64,000 bases of DNA, from NCBI GenBank assembly GCA_963774265.1, contig CAVZDU010000005.1, forward strand, positions 64,001-128,000. The letters run 5' to 3'. Under the pieces are notes generated by a model. It had not been told where the DNA came from. It did not search any database and saw only the letters and a program-made list of their open reading frames with translations. The position numbers and the translations under genes were made by a program. Shown here in pieces: positions 30,401-45,400 of this stretch; the first letter of the stretch is position 1; the number at the start of each line of letters is the position of its first letter. The DNA is from an uncultured Chloroflexia bacterium. Its GTDB lineage: Bacteria; Chloroflexota; Anaerolineae; CG2-30-64-16.

Positions 30401-33400
30401 CAGACCAGCGCGGATAGTGGCGCAAGCTGGTCCACAGCGACGGACTTCACCCGCTACATAGGTTCTGATGGGATGCCGGAGGTCGTCGTGCTTGCAGATG
30501 GGCAAGTTGCGCTCGCCTGGCATTCCGACCGAGGCCAGCAGTGGTGGTCAAACATCTGGTACGGCGTGTTTGGCGTGCATGAGGATATCAATCCTCCGCC
30601 TTTCGTGGGGTGGATTTGGCCTGTGCCGAGCTTTCCCGACTCAACGAATACGGTGAATATCACCGTCAACGCCGTGGATGAGTCACCCGGGCTATCCATG
30701 GAAGTGATGTGGTGGAAGGACGACGTCTCGCAGAGCAATGTTCCGATGTATGACGACGGTTTCCATGGCGACGACTCGGCCGGTGACAACCGCTGGGGAG
30801 GCACGATTGGATCCTTCCCGGCCGGCACGGCCATCACCTACCAGGCACGCGCGACCGATAGCGACGGCAATATCATTGTGCATCCACCCAGCCGCTATTC
30901 CTTTACTGTGAACTCACCCTTCGTCAGAACCGCCGATATCTTACTCGTGCCCGACTCCGGCGGCGGCAACACTTCGGGATTCCGTTCGTTCTACATTAAT
31001 GCCCTGGACTCTTTGGGCTATACCTATGACACATGGGACACGGGCGTTCGCGGTTTCGTACCTGCCGATGTGCTGAACCAGTACACCGCTGGCCGGGTCA
31101 TCTGGGGCGTCCCTGATGGGGGCTACATCACCAACGATGGCAACCAGCGCACGGCAGTACAGGGGTACCTTGATGCCGGGGGCAAGTTGTTCATCAGCGG
31201 CCAAAACATCGCAGAAAGGCTCAACGGAAACAGCTTCTTGACGAACTACCTGCACGCCACGTATGTCCAAACGGATACCGGGCTGTATGCGCTGGCGGGC
31301 GCGGCCGGCGACCCCATCGGGGACGGGTTGACGCTCAGCCTCTCCGGCGGCGATGGGGCCAACAATCAGAGTTCCAAGGATGAAATCGACCTCATCACAC
31401 CAGCCCAAGCCGTCTTCACATACCAGGCGAGCAAGAGTTTGCTCGGCCCCGAACCCAAGCTGACCACGGAGCCCCCGCCCATACCGACTCAAACACCGAC
31501 TCCGACACCCACACCTCAGGCCGGCACAGATCGAGGCGCGCCGCTTCAAGTGCCCGGAGTCCTGCCTACGGCATTGCCCGGCCAGCTTCAGTCAAGATCA
31601 ACTCCCCAGGCGCCAGGGTCACAGGCCAACGACTCACTAACGCGCGCCGGAGCACCGGACCTGCCGACCAGGTTTGCGGCGCCGGCAGCCGCGCCGGAGG
31701 CTACTATCAGCTCGGGCACGGCCGGGCTGCGCGTCGATACCGGTGCCTATAAAGTAGTCTACTTAGCATTCGGCTTCGAGGGGATCAACGACGCCAGCCA
31801 GCGTGCCGCGGTGATGGAGCGCGCCCTGGCCTGGCTGAACGGGGTGCTGCCGCGGCCGGGCCTGCTGGCGCCCGCCGGCGGGCAGGCAGTCCCGACTGGT
31901 GACGTGGCGTTCAGTTGGATCAATGCACCCGGCGCCACGAGCTATCAGATCCAAATCGACACCGTGCCGACGTTCGATTCGGCCGGGTTGATCGACCAGA
32001 CCGTCACAGAAACGACCTACATCGGCAACTTCACTACCCTCGGCATGCGCTACTGGCGCGTGCGCGCCCTCCCCGGTGGGGACTGGATGGCCGCGTGGCG
32101 GTTCACCGTCGCCGGCGACGTGGTGCAGGTGACGACCCATGTTGATTATGATCACTCGCCGTCCATCGCACGCACGAGCGACGGCAAGCTGTGGACCGTC
32201 TGGTCGTCTCCCCGAACAGGCGACTATAACCTCTGGTACAAAACATCGGGCGATGGCGGCGCGAGCTGGTCGGCTGACACACAGCTCACCACGGTCGGCA
32301 ACTTCGACGGATACTCCGCCATCACCCAGGCCGATGACGGCAAGCTGTGGACGGTTTGGACCTCTGACCGTACTGGCAACTACGATCTGTGGTACAAGGC
32401 GTCGACCGACGACGGCGCCACATGGTCTGCCGACACTCAGTTGACCACTCATAGCAGCATCGATTACTATCCGGCCATCACTCAGGCCAGTGACGGTAAG
32501 ATGTGGGTGGTCTGGTCTTCGTCCCGCTCCGGAAACTACGATCTTTGGTACAAGACCTCGGGCGACGGCGGCGCCACTTGGTCGGCCGACACGCAGCTGA
32601 CCGACCATACCGACGGCGACGACGTTCCTGCCATCACCCAGGCAAGTGACGGCAAGTTGTGGATCGTCTGGAACTCTGGTCGTTCCGGCAACTACGATCT
32701 CTGGTACAAAACCACGACCGACGGCGGCGCGACCTGGTCGGTCGACACACAGCTCACCACGGACAGCAGCTTCCACAGGGAACCCGCCATAACGCAGGCC
32801 AGTGATGGCAAGCTGTGGGTTGCCTGGGTCTCGTATCGCTCCGGAAACCCTGATATTTGGTACAAGACCTCGAACGATGCTGGCGCTACGTGGGGCACGG
32901 ACACGCGCTTCACGCGTTTCATCGGGAGGGACGAACGGCCAGCGCTCGCTTCCTTGACGAACGGCAAGATCGGTATTGCCTGGGACTCCGACCGGAGTAA
33001 CGACTACAGGGACATCTGGTTCGGAATCCCCGGCGAGCGGGAGGACCTCAACCCGCCACCCTACGTGTCCAGTACCGACCACCAGCCCTCGCCCAACCCG
33101 GACAGCGACGACACCATCACGGTCCGTGCGTGGGCGCAAGACGAAACTGGCGTGGCGAGCGTGGGATCTGGTCTGGACTCTGGACGGCGTGGCCCAGCCT
33201 GACCTGCCGATGGTTGACGACGGCGCGCATGGCGACAGAGCAGCCGGCGACGGGGTCTGGGGCGTGCAACACACACCCCTGCCGGCGGGCAGCCAGGTGA
33301 TCTACCGAGTCCGCGCCACCGATATTGACGGCAACACCTACCTCTACCGGTATGAGAACTCATTCATAGTGTTGACGCCGTTCATTAAGACGGCCGACAT

Positions 33401-36400
33401 CCTTTTCGTGCCGGACCACGGCGGCAACGATACAACCTGGTTCCAGCCCTATTACACCAATGCATTGGACACCCTCGGCTACACCTATGATGTGTGGGAC
33501 ACCGGATTGCGGGGGGCTGTACCCGACAGCATCCTAAACCAGTATGCCGTGGGCAACGTGATCTGGGGTGTGCCCGATTGGGGATACATCATCAACGATA
33601 GCGACCAGCGCGCGGCCATGCAGGCCTATCTGGATGCCGGTGGGAAGCTCTTCATCTCAGGTCAGAACATCGCAGCAAACCTGAACGGCAACGCATTTCT
33701 GACCGGCTACTTGCACGCCAGCTATGTGCAGGACGACACGGGGTTGTATGGACTGGTGGGCACGGCTTCCGACCCCATCGGGGACGGATTGACGTTGAAC
33801 CTGTCGGGGGGTGACGGGGCCAACAACCAGTACACGAAGGACGAGGTCGACCCCATCAGTCCGGCTGAGGCGGTCTTCACCTACCAGGCGGGAGCCAGCC
33901 AGATGCTGCGGGCCCCGGTCGTTCCTGCGCAGGAGGCGCCAGTCGGACAGGGAGAACCAGATGGACGGTTGCCTGACCTGGCCGGCGAGCTGCCTGGCAA
34001 GGAACGATCTATGCAGCTCGCTGCCGCTGCGGCGACAGGGCCGCAGGACATCATCGGCTCGGGCACGGCGGGGTTAAAGGTGGATACGGGAACCTACAAG
34101 GTGGTCTACTTCGCGTTCGGTTTCGAGGGGATCAACGACGCCAGCCAGCGCGCCGTGGTGATGGAACGCAGTCTGGCCTGGCTCAGTGGAGTCTTGCCGC
34201 GGCCGGGGCTGCTGACGCCGGCGGATGGGCAGGCGCTCCCAACTGGTGACGTGGCGTTCAGCTGGGCGGGCGTACCTGGCGCGGCGGGCTATGAGATCCA
34301 GATCGACACCGTGCCGACGTTCGAGTCGGCCGGGTTGATCGACCAGACGGTCACAGAGCTGAGCTATACCCACAACTTCACCACCCTTGGCACGCGCTAC
34401 TGGCGCGTGCGCGCTCTCCTCGGCGGGGACTGGACCACGGCCTGGACCTTCGCCGTTGCCGGGCCGTTGGTGCAGGTGACGACCGACACTAATACCGACT
34501 ACTGGCCGGCTATGACGCGGACAAGCGACGGCACGCTGTGGGCGGTCTGGTCCTCTTACCGCTCCGGTAACGCCGACCTCTGGTACAAGATATCGAGCGA
34601 TGGCGGGGCCACCTGGACGGCCGATACGCAGCTCACCACGGACGGCAATACCGATTACTATCCGGCCGTCACCCAGACTGCCGACGGCACGCTGTGGGCG
34701 GTCTGGTCCTCTTACCGCTCCGGTAACGCCGACCTCTGGTATAAGACATCGAGCGATGGGGGCGCGACCTGGTCGATCGAGACGCAGCTCATCACGGACG
34801 GCAATACCGATTACTATCCGGCCGTCACCCAGGCGGCTGACGGCACGCTGTGGGTGGTCTGGACCTCCTATCGCTCGGGCAACTACGATCTCTGGTACAA
34901 GACTACGGCCGACGGCGGCGTGACCTGGACAGCCGATACTCAACTCACCACCCATACCGGCACCGACTACCTTCCGGCCATGACCTGGGCCGGTGATGGC
35001 AGGCTGTGGGTGGTCTGGTCTTCGTCCCGCTCCGGAAACTACGATCTTTGGTACAAGACCACGGCCGACGGCGGCGCGACCTGGTCGGCCGATACGCAGA
35101 ACACTACACACGGCAACACCGACCGTTATCCAGCAATCACGCAGGCCGATGACGGTACGTTCTGGGTGGTCTGGTCTTCGTCCCGCTCCGGAGCCTATGA
35201 TCTGTGGTACAAGACCTCGAGCGATGACGGCGTCACATGGTCCTCGGACATGCGCTTCACGCGCTTCGCTGGGTTGGATTATCGGCCTGCCCTCGCTTCC
35301 TTGACTGACGGCAGGATCGGCGTGGCCTGGTATTCGAACCGCAGCGGCAACTACGACATTTGGTACGGCATCCCTGGCGAGCGGGAGGACCTCAACCCGC
35401 CGCCTTACATATCAAGTGCCCAACACCAACCCTCGCCCAACCCGGACAGCGACGACTCCATCACTTTCCGCGCCGGGGTGACAGACGAAACTGGCGTGAC
35501 GAGCGTGGATCTGGTCTGGACTCTGGACGGCGTGGCCCAGCCTGACCTGCCGATGGTTGACGACGGCGCGCATGGCGACAGCGCAGCCGGCGACGGGGTC
35601 TGGGGCGTGCAGCACGCGGCGCTGGGGGCGGGCAGTCAGGTCACCTACCGAGTCCGCGCCGCCGACACCGACGACAACACCTCTGTATCAGGGCAGTACT
35701 CCTTCACGGTGCTGTCTCCGTTTGTCAAGACGTCTGACATTTTGTTCGTGCCCGACTACGGTGGCAACGATACAACCTGGTTCCAGCCTTATTACACGAA
35801 TGCGCTGGATGCCCTCGGATATACCTATGATGTCTGGGATACAAGATGGCGGGGGGTTGTGCCCGGTAGCATCATGAACCAGTATGTTGGGGGCAGCGTG
35901 ATCTGGGCTGCACCCTATTGGGGCTATATCACCGACAACAGCAGCCAGCGCACAGCGGTGCAGGATTACCTGGTGGGCGGTGGCAAGCTCTTCATCTCAG
36001 GCCAGAACATCGCAACAAGTTTGAGCGGCTACGCATTTCTGACCGGCTACTTGCACGCCAGCTATGTGCAGGACGACACGGGGTTGTATGAACTGGCGGG
36101 TACGGCTTCCGACCCCATCGGGGACGGATTGGCGTTGAACCTCTCCGGCGGTGATGGCGCCAACAACCAGTACACGAAGGATGAGATAGACCCCATCAGC
36201 CCGGCCGAGACGATCTTGACCTACCTGGCTGGGTCCAGTCAGATGTTGGCTGAGCCGAGCCGGCTCACTGGCCTCTCGCCGATCGACCCGCCGGATCCGC
36301 ACCACCAATCTTTGCCCGGCGAGCCTGGCGCGGCGCTTCAGCCGGATATCGAGGCTGAGCCGCTTGCTCGCGTGACTGCTGCGCCGGAGGCCAACATCAG

Positions 36401-39400
36401 CTCGGGCACGGCCGGGCTGCGCGTGGACACCGGCACCTACAAGGTGGTCTACTTGGCGTTCGGCTTCGAGGGAATCAACAGCGGAGCCGATCGGGCCAGG
36501 GTGATGGGCCGGGTGCTCGACTGGTTAGGTATGTCCCCGAGCATCCTTTCACGCGATCTGACCATCCAGAAGTCGCTGGAACCCGACTCGGGTCCTGCCG
36601 AGCCGGACGCTACGTTGACTTTCCGGCTGGCTTACGCTAACTTGGGCAATCAAAGCGCAAGCGATGTGCGTATCGTAGACACTCTTCCCGCCGGGATGGA
36701 ATACGTGAGCGCGACCGGACCGGTGGAACCAACCGTGACCGGACAAACCCTCACTTGGGATCTTGGTTCACTGCCTCGCCTGACTGCGCCGGCCGCCTCC
36801 GGCGTCATCTTGCTCACCGCTAAGATCGCCGCTAATACGCCAGCAGGGACCCGGCTGGACAACGCGGCCGAGATCTCCACCAGTGACACTGAAACGGACG
36901 CAACCGGCAGCGGACTCACCGGCAGCTACTACCAGTATGACGGCGACGCCATCGGCATGCCGCCCAACGACCCCTTCGGGAACGGTGTGCTCACGTTGCG
37001 CCGGGTCGACCCGACGGTGGACTTCGATTGGGGAGAAGGCTCGCCGCAATCCGGGATAGTTCACTCCAATTGGTTTGCAGTCCGTTGGACTGGGTATGTC
37101 TATGCACCGTTGGATGGAACCTACACATTCGCCACCGTCACCGATGACGGAGCCAGGCTTTGGGTCGACAGCCAACAGTTGGTGGACGACTGGACGCAAC
37201 ACGGCATGGAGACTCGTTCCGGGCAGATCGTGCTGACAGGCGGGCAATGGTATGCCGTCCAGTTCGACACAGAGGAGGGCGGCGGCGGCGCAGGCGCGCG
37301 GCTGCAGTGGCAACTGCCCGGCAGCAGCAGCCTTGTGACGATCCCACAGCGGTATCTCTCGCCCGAAGCCGGGTTTGCCAACGATCGCAGCGTTCTCGGC
37401 TTCAGCGTCGCGCCGCCACTCAAAACCAGCGACTTGTTGCTAGTGCTGGACTGCGGCGGCAACGACACCGATTGGTTCAGGCCTTACTACACAACGTCGC
37501 TGAACGAGTTGGGACACAGCTATGATGTCTGGGACGCCGAAGCACTGGGGGCGCCCCAGAGTTGGGTGTTGGACCGATACCTGGGCGGCGCTGTCATCTG
37601 GACAACACCGTATTGGGGATACATCATCTACCCAGACACCTTCTCCGCGGTGCAATCCTACCTGGATCAAGGCGGCCGGCTGTTCCTGACCAGCCAGGAT
37701 ACCGGATACTACCTGAACGAATGGGGCAACACTGGGTTCTTAAATAACTACCTGCACGCTACTTACATACAAGACAGCACGGCTCTGTATGCAGTGACAG
37801 GTGCATCCAGCGATCCCATCGGTGATGGGCTGGTTCTGTCTCTGTCCGGTGGTGACGGCGCCAGCAATCAAGGGGATGGCGATGAATTCGACTCAGTCAG
37901 CCCCGCAACGCCGGTCTTCACCTATGGCGCCGGCGGAGGTGGTGCTGTCGCCGCCGGCACTTGGGGGGAAGCTGCCAGCTTGCTGCAGCCCCAGATCTTG
38001 CCCATCCCACCTGGCGCGGGTCAGAAGCAGCCTCCGGCAGATGCGTCGAAAACCGCAGGCCTGGAGGGGAGCATCTCTTCCGGCACCGCCGGCCTGCGCG
38101 TCGACACCGGCACGTACAAAGTCGTCTACTTTGGTTTTGGCTTTGAGGGCATCAACTCCCGTGCTGATCGCAACGCGGTGATGGAGCGCACCCTGGCCTG
38201 GTTGCGGGGCGTGACCCCGAATCCGACGCTACAGGCGCCCGCCGACGGCGTGCCGCTGCCGGTTGGCGACGTGACCTTCAATTGGCGGGGGGCGACCGGC
38301 GGCACCTACGAGATCCAGATCGACACCGTGCCTACCTTCGACTCGGCCGGACTGATCGATCAGACCGTCACCGGCGCCAGCTACACCCACGACCTATCCA
38401 CCATCGGCACACGTTACTGGCGCGTGCGCGCACTGCCGGACGGCGCCTGGACTGCCGTCTGGCGCTTCACCCTCGGCTACCCGCCGGAGCTGGCCTACAG
38501 CCCGTCCAGCTTCGATGTCACCGTCAACGCCGACCAGGTCATCACCCGTGCCTTGACCATCGAAAACAACGGTTTGAGCTCCCTGACCTTCGATCTGACG
38601 ACGACCGGCGGCGTGGTGAGCCTGGAGCCAACGGCAGGCACTCTGTCTAGCAGCGCCAGCCAAACCATCACAGCCACCTTTGATGGCCGGCTTTTTGCCC
38701 TGGGCACGCATACCGGCGCGATCGAGATTCACTCGAATGACCCGTCGGCCGGCACCAAGGTCATCCCGGTCACGCTGACCGTCGTGCAGCAGCCTCCCGG
38801 CGCGCCAGCCGGCCCGACGCCTCAGGACGGCGAGGTCAACGTGCGCGTCGATGCCTCGTTGACATGGCAAGCTTCAGCGCGGCGGGCTCCTACGACCTGA
38901 CTCTTTGGCCCGATGGACAGTCACGCCCGGGCACGCCCACGGCCGCTGCCTTGACCCAGACGAGCTTCAACCCGCCGGGCGACCTGGCGACGGGAACCCT
39001 TTACCATTGGGACGTGGTTGCGCGCAATTCCGGCGGGACGACACAGGGGCCGGCGTGGTCCTTCACGAGCGAGGGGATACCCGATCTGCAGGTAACGGCC
39101 GTCACCGTGCCGCCGACTGCTTTCTCGGGGCAGGCATTCATGGTCACGTGGGATGTGCTGAATGCGGGGAACCGCGGCACGACCGTGTCCACCTGGTACG
39201 ACCGCGTGTACATCTCAACGGCCCCGACCTTCGACCCTGTTGCCGCGACCTACCTGGGGCAGGTCACGAATCCGGCATATCTTGGCCCAGGGGAGAGTTA
39301 CCGCAAGGAAGGGACGTTCACCCTGCCACAAGGCATCAGCGGCCAGTACTACGCCTACGTGCTCACCGACACCGCCAATGCGCTCCGGGAGTCGAATGAG

Positions 39401-42400
39401 ACCAATAACACCGGCCGCAGCGTCAATGCCAGCGATGTGGGGCTGACCCCGCCGCCCGACCTGCAGGTGCAGGCGATCAGCGGCCCGGCGAACGCTTTCT
39501 CCGGCACCACCGTGCCGGTGCAATGGACTGTAGCCAACAATGGCACAGGCGGCACGGTGGGCACAGCCTGGTCGGATCGGATCTACCTCTCGGCCGACGC
39601 GACATGGGAGAGCACCGACACGATCCTCAAGCTCGCCGGCCACAGCGGCGCGCTGGCGTCCGGCGCGTCCTACGAGGGCTCGCACACCGTCACGCTGCCG
39701 CAGGCGATCTACGGCACGTACTACGTTTTCGCGGTCACCGACATCTACAACCAGATCTACGAGCACGCAGGTGAGAGCAATAACACGAGCCCCACGAGCG
39801 AGCCGCTGCAGATCACCTTGACGCCGCCGCCCGATCTCCAGGTCTCCACCCTAGGTGTCAGCCCCAACCCTGCAAGCTCGGGCGCGAGCCTGCAGGTGAC
39901 GTGGCAGGTCACCAACAATGGCGCGGGCGCGTCCTTCGAGACCTCCTGGTCTGACGCGGTTTACCTGTCGCCGTCGACCAGCATCACGGACCCCGCGAGG
40001 GTCTTGCTCGGCCAGTATCTCGCACAGCGGCATCCTCGAGCCGGGCGACAGCTACTCGATGACGCGCGATCTCACCGTGCCGAACGGCATCAGCGGCGAT
40101 TTCTATGTCCTGGTGCACGCGGATAGCCTGAACCGGGTCTTCGAGTTCAACTCAGACGACAACAACGTGAGCCATGTGCCGCTAACGGTGAGCCTGTCGC
40201 CGTCGCCCGACCTTCAGGTCACCAGTGTGGCCACCGGCGCCGAGGGACCAGTCGTGGCCGGCTCGGCAGCGATCATGACGTGGACCGTCGCTAACCTGGG
40301 CGAAGGTGCTGCTGCCGCCAGTTGGTCCGATGCCCTGTACCTTTCGGCGAGCGCGACCTGGCCCGGCAGTGGCGTCTACCTTGGGAGCTTTGGTCGGCCC
40401 TGGCCGCTCCCGGCCGGCGGGTCATACACGCAGGATCGTTCCGTCGTGCTGCCCGCCAGCCTGGCCGCGGGCGTCTACTACATCTACGCGCGCGCGGACG
40501 TGAGCAACGCGATCTACGAGCATAACTCGGAGTCCAATAACATCACGCGCAGCCTGGCTCAGCTCACAGTCACGCGGCCGCCGGACGCGCCCAAGGCTGA
40601 CCTTGAGATCGGCAGCCTGACGGGCCCGGCGACCGGCGATTCGGGTACGGTTCTCTCGGTCGGTTGGACGGTAACCAACGCGGGGGCCGGCGCGACTTCG
40701 GCCAGTTCCTGGCTGGACCGGATCTATCTCTCGGCCGATGCCAGCCTGAACCCGGCCAGCGACATTACCCTGGGCAGTGCCTCGCGCTCAGGGTTCCTGG
40801 CGGTCGGCGCATCGTATGTTCGCACGCTTGATGTCACGCTGCCGAACGGGATCTCCGGCGAGTACTATCTGTTCTTCCGGGCCGACGTGAACCAGGCGGG
40901 CAATGACAGCAATTGGCTGAACAACACCGGCTACCTGGCGACGCCGATCGCCGTCACCCTGTCGCCCTCGCCTGACCTGGTCCCGGCCGCGGTCAACCCG
41001 ACGACCAGCGGGATTGCCAGCCAGCCGGTGGAGGTGAGCTGGTCGGTGACGAACGGTGGGGCAGGCGCGGCCGCGGGCAGCTGGTACGATGCTGTCTACT
41101 GGTCGATCGATGCTTCGCTGGGCGCCGGTGACACCCAGCTCGCCAGCCGCGCTCACATCGGCGGCCTGGCGTCGGGGAGCGTCTACAACCAGTCGGAGAC
41201 GCTCACCCTGCCAAGCAGTACGGCGGGCCAGTACTACCTACTCGTTAAGGCCGACAGCCGCGGCGCGGTATACGAGCACGAAGCCGAAGCCAACAACGTG
41301 ATCGCGTGGCCGATCGAGGTCACCGTGCCGCAGCCCTCGGACCTGATCGTGACCGGGGTAACGGTCCCCAGCACCGCTGTGCCTGGCGAAATCGTCAGCA
41401 TCGGCTGGACGCTGCAGAACCAGGGGGATTCGGCGGCCAGCGGCTATCTGTGCGACGCGGTCTACATTTCCGGCGACCAGGCCTGGGACATCGACGACGC
41501 GCACACCGGCGACAACTGCAGGACCATCAATCTCGCGCCCGGCGCCACCGGCAGCGTGCAGATGCAGATGCGTATGCCCGACCGGGAGACGCTGGCCGCG
41601 TTGGCGGCTGACACTGACTGGACCGGCGGCATGCCCGGCGTCACACCCGGCGCCTACTACGCGATCGTACGCGCCGACATCCGCAACCAGATCCGCGAGA
41701 CCGACGACGCCAACAACACCGGCGCTTCCGCCGACACTCTCGCGGTGGATGTGGAAGAGCTGACGTTGGGCACACCCACCAGCGGCACGCTGGCCAGTGG
41801 CGAGGCCCGCTTTTATCGGGTGGAGGTAACTGCGGGCCAGACACTGCTGGTCACGCTCGATAGCAGCGCGATCGAGGGCGCGAACGAATTGTACGTTCGC
41901 TACGGCGCGATCCCGTCGCGCGGCGTGTTCGACTATGGTTACTCCGCACCGCTTCAGCCGGACCAAGAGGTGGTCGTCCCATCGACGCAGACCGGGACAT
42001 ACTACGTCCTGCTTTATGGCGCCGGGGTGGCGGGAACGCCAAGTTTCGACCTGACCGCGAGCATCCTGACTTTTGGCCTGCGCTCGGTCAGTCCCAGCGA
42101 GGGCGGCCAGGGCGGCAAGATCACCGTTCGGCTGGATGGCGCGGCTCTGCAACCCAACCTCACGGCATTTCTCGACAGCGCCGTGACCCACCTTCAAGCT
42201 TCAGAGCTCTATTGGTCTGATGCGACCAAGGTGTACGCTACGTTTGACCTTGCAGATGTGGCGCTAGGCACCTATGATCTATCGATTCAACAAGTGGTAT
42301 CGCAGATCCAGTTCAACGATGATTACGATAGCCCGATTGAGGTGTTCACGAACACTGTGCAATCGGTCTTGCCAAGCGCCTTCACTGTCGTGCCCCCCAA

Positions 42401-45400
42401 GATCCTTAAGCCAGCCATTAGAGTAAGCACGCCGAATGCGTTGCGTCCAAATCAGTACTTCGAATCAGTGATAGAGGTTGCCAATCCTGCCAACAACGAT
42501 ATGGTAAGTCCGCTGTTGTTGATCTACGGAGTCCCGGATTTTCGAACAAGGTTGGCAGGCGACAGCAACTTCTCGTTTGGCGCTCGCAAGGCGCTGGTGA
42601 TCTCGCCTGACGGTCCCGCCGGCATCATGCGGGCGGGGGCTGTCACGACGATTCGGCTTGCGGGGATTGCACCCACAACATCGGGCCTGTTGCAGATCGA
42701 GGTTGCTCCTATCAGTGAGACAGTTGTGGTCTTTGATCTAGCTAGCGAGTTGAGAGAGGTTGGCGTAACACCGGATGAGCCTCTGTGGAGCGAAGGTGTG
42801 AACATCCTCGCGACCGAAGCTGGGGACAATTGGGAAAGCTACGAAAAACGCCTGGCTCAGACCGCAACTGGCTTGGATGAGAGAGGCACCCGACAGATAG
42901 ATGCAGATAGCCTGCTTCTAGCGACACTTGCCGATATCATGCAAGAAGCCTCAGCTTCGGCACAATCCAGCGTACAATTGTCGGATTCCTACCAGGGTGG
43001 AAGGAGACTGCTGACCCCTCCGTCCGACGTTCCTTCAACTGAGCCCCGTGCTCTCTCACCCGACGATGTGCCCGACTGCTCACAGACAACGATAGACGGG
43101 CAGCGAACTGGACTAGAGGCGATTGCCGCGCTGTTCGTCACGCCTTTCATGGCGCCCACCGCAAGCAACTATCTACAGCACTTCCTGGATGGCGATGGCT
43201 CTCCCAGAGACAACGACGTCTACTCGCTTGTTGCGCTGGAGACGCGCTTATACGGTCACACGCTGAAGAGCTATTCTGAGATCCATGCGGCTGTCGAAGG
43301 TAGGGTCAGGACTGAGATAGAAACACAGATCCGTGCGCAGACTGGTCCACAATACGTTATGACAGATATTGATCTAGACGACACTGAAGTTGGCCGTCCC
43401 GTCTTCTACCCAAAGCATTCGGACAATCGCTGTCCTGTCGATTACCCTGTTTGGCCAGGGAGCGATTTGGCTTGCGCCTTCGGAGTGATGGGCGAGCCGT
43501 CTAGCGCCACCACGACGGATGGCCAGGCGACCGTCCAGCAATCGCCGGCCTGTGAAGAGGGAACAGTCGCATCCTACGCGGTCAGGATCGGATACAGATT
43601 TGCCGACTTCTACCAATGGACACCCGCACACATCGGGATGAGCCCTTGGGATGATTGGGCCTACAACTTACAGGTGTGTGGCGAAGCCACGCCATTCTTT
43701 AGCTCGATTGCACTCCAGGAGACAATAACTGGCAAAGTCGTCCTGGATGACAGACTTCACTGTGTATCACCAGCCTCACCGACAAATCCCCATGAGATAC
43801 TAATCGTCCAACCTGTTGACCCCAACGACATCGTCGGCCCGGCCGGCTACGGCGACGCGAAATGGGTCGCGGCCAGTAACTCGCTCGGCTACACCATCCG
43901 CTTCGAGAACGACCCTGCGCTGGCCACCGCGCCCGCGCAGCGGGTGACTATCGAGCAGACACTTGATGGCGACCTAAACGTCAGCAGCTTCCGGCTGGGT
44001 GCATTCGGGTTCGGCGGGCAGATCTACACACCGCCGGCCAACCGAGCTTTCTACCAGGCGCGGCTTGGACCGGTGGAGGTGACAGGCAACACGCTATACG
44101 TGGACGTCAACGCGGGCATCGATGTGGTGAACCGCAAGGCGTTCTGGATCTTCCAGTCCATCGACCCAGCGACGGGCAAGCCGCCCACGGACGCCATGGC
44201 AGGTTTCCTGCCGCCTGACGCGGTCGAGGGAGAGGGCCAAGGCTTCGTCTCCTACACCGTCACGCCGTCGGTCTCCTCAGCCACTGGCGATGTGATCGAC
44301 GCGCTGGCGCGCATCGTGTTCGACACCAACGATCCGATCGACACGCCACCGACCTTTAGCACCGTGGACGCGGGTCTGCCCACCTCCTTGCTGGATGCCC
44401 TGCCTGCGACAACCGCCAGTACCGATGTCCTGCTGCAGTGGAGCGGCAGCGATGACGCAGGCGGCTCCGGGCTGGCGGGTATCGAACTGTACGCGTCGGA
44501 GGACGGCGGGCCGTTCGTGTTAGCGCAGAGCAACATTGCACAGACCACTACGATCTTTAGCGGTAAGGCCGGTCATACCTACGGGTTCTATGCCCTCGCG
44601 GCCGACAATGCCGGCAACCGAGAAGCGGCCAAGAACGCCGCCGAGGCGACCACGCAGCTGCTGCCTGCAAGCATTCCGGCGTCCGTCGAGCTGCAAGTTA
44701 CGCCGGCAACCCTGCTGGCCGACGGGACGAGCACCGCGACGGTCACGGCCATCGTGAAGGACAGCCTGGGGGCGACGCTGGCCGCACAACCGATCAGCTT
44801 CGCGGCCTCGAACGGCACGATCAGCCCGGCTCTGATGACGACAAACGCCAGTGGAGTGGCGGTCGCCACCCTGACCGCGCCCACGGTCGCGACGACCATC
44901 GACGTCACAGCGACCAGCGGCGACGCTGCGGCGACGGCCCAGGTGGCGGTCCTCGACATCCCGATCGCGGGCCTGGCTGCCACCAACGACAGCCCAACCG
45001 AGCTCGGTGTGGCCACCAACTTCGCCGCGACGATCACGGCCGGCACAAATGCAACCTACACCTGGGACTTCGGCGACGGTGCCTCCGGAACCGGTGCGCA
45101 GGTGGCGCACGTGTACGCCGCGGTCGGCGCCTATACGGCGACGGTCACCGCGCTGAACGGCCGCGGGACTGTGATTGCCACCACGACCGTATCTGTGATC
45201 GACGTGCCAATCGTGGGTCTGGTCGCGACCAACGACAGCCCAACCGAGCTCGGCGCGGCCACCAACTTCGCCGCGACGATCACGGCCGGCACAAACGCAA
45301 CATACACCTGGGACTTCGGCGACGGCGCCTCCGGAACCGGTGCGCAGGCAAGCCACATGTACGCCGCGCCCGGCGCCTACACGGCGACGGTCACCGCCTT

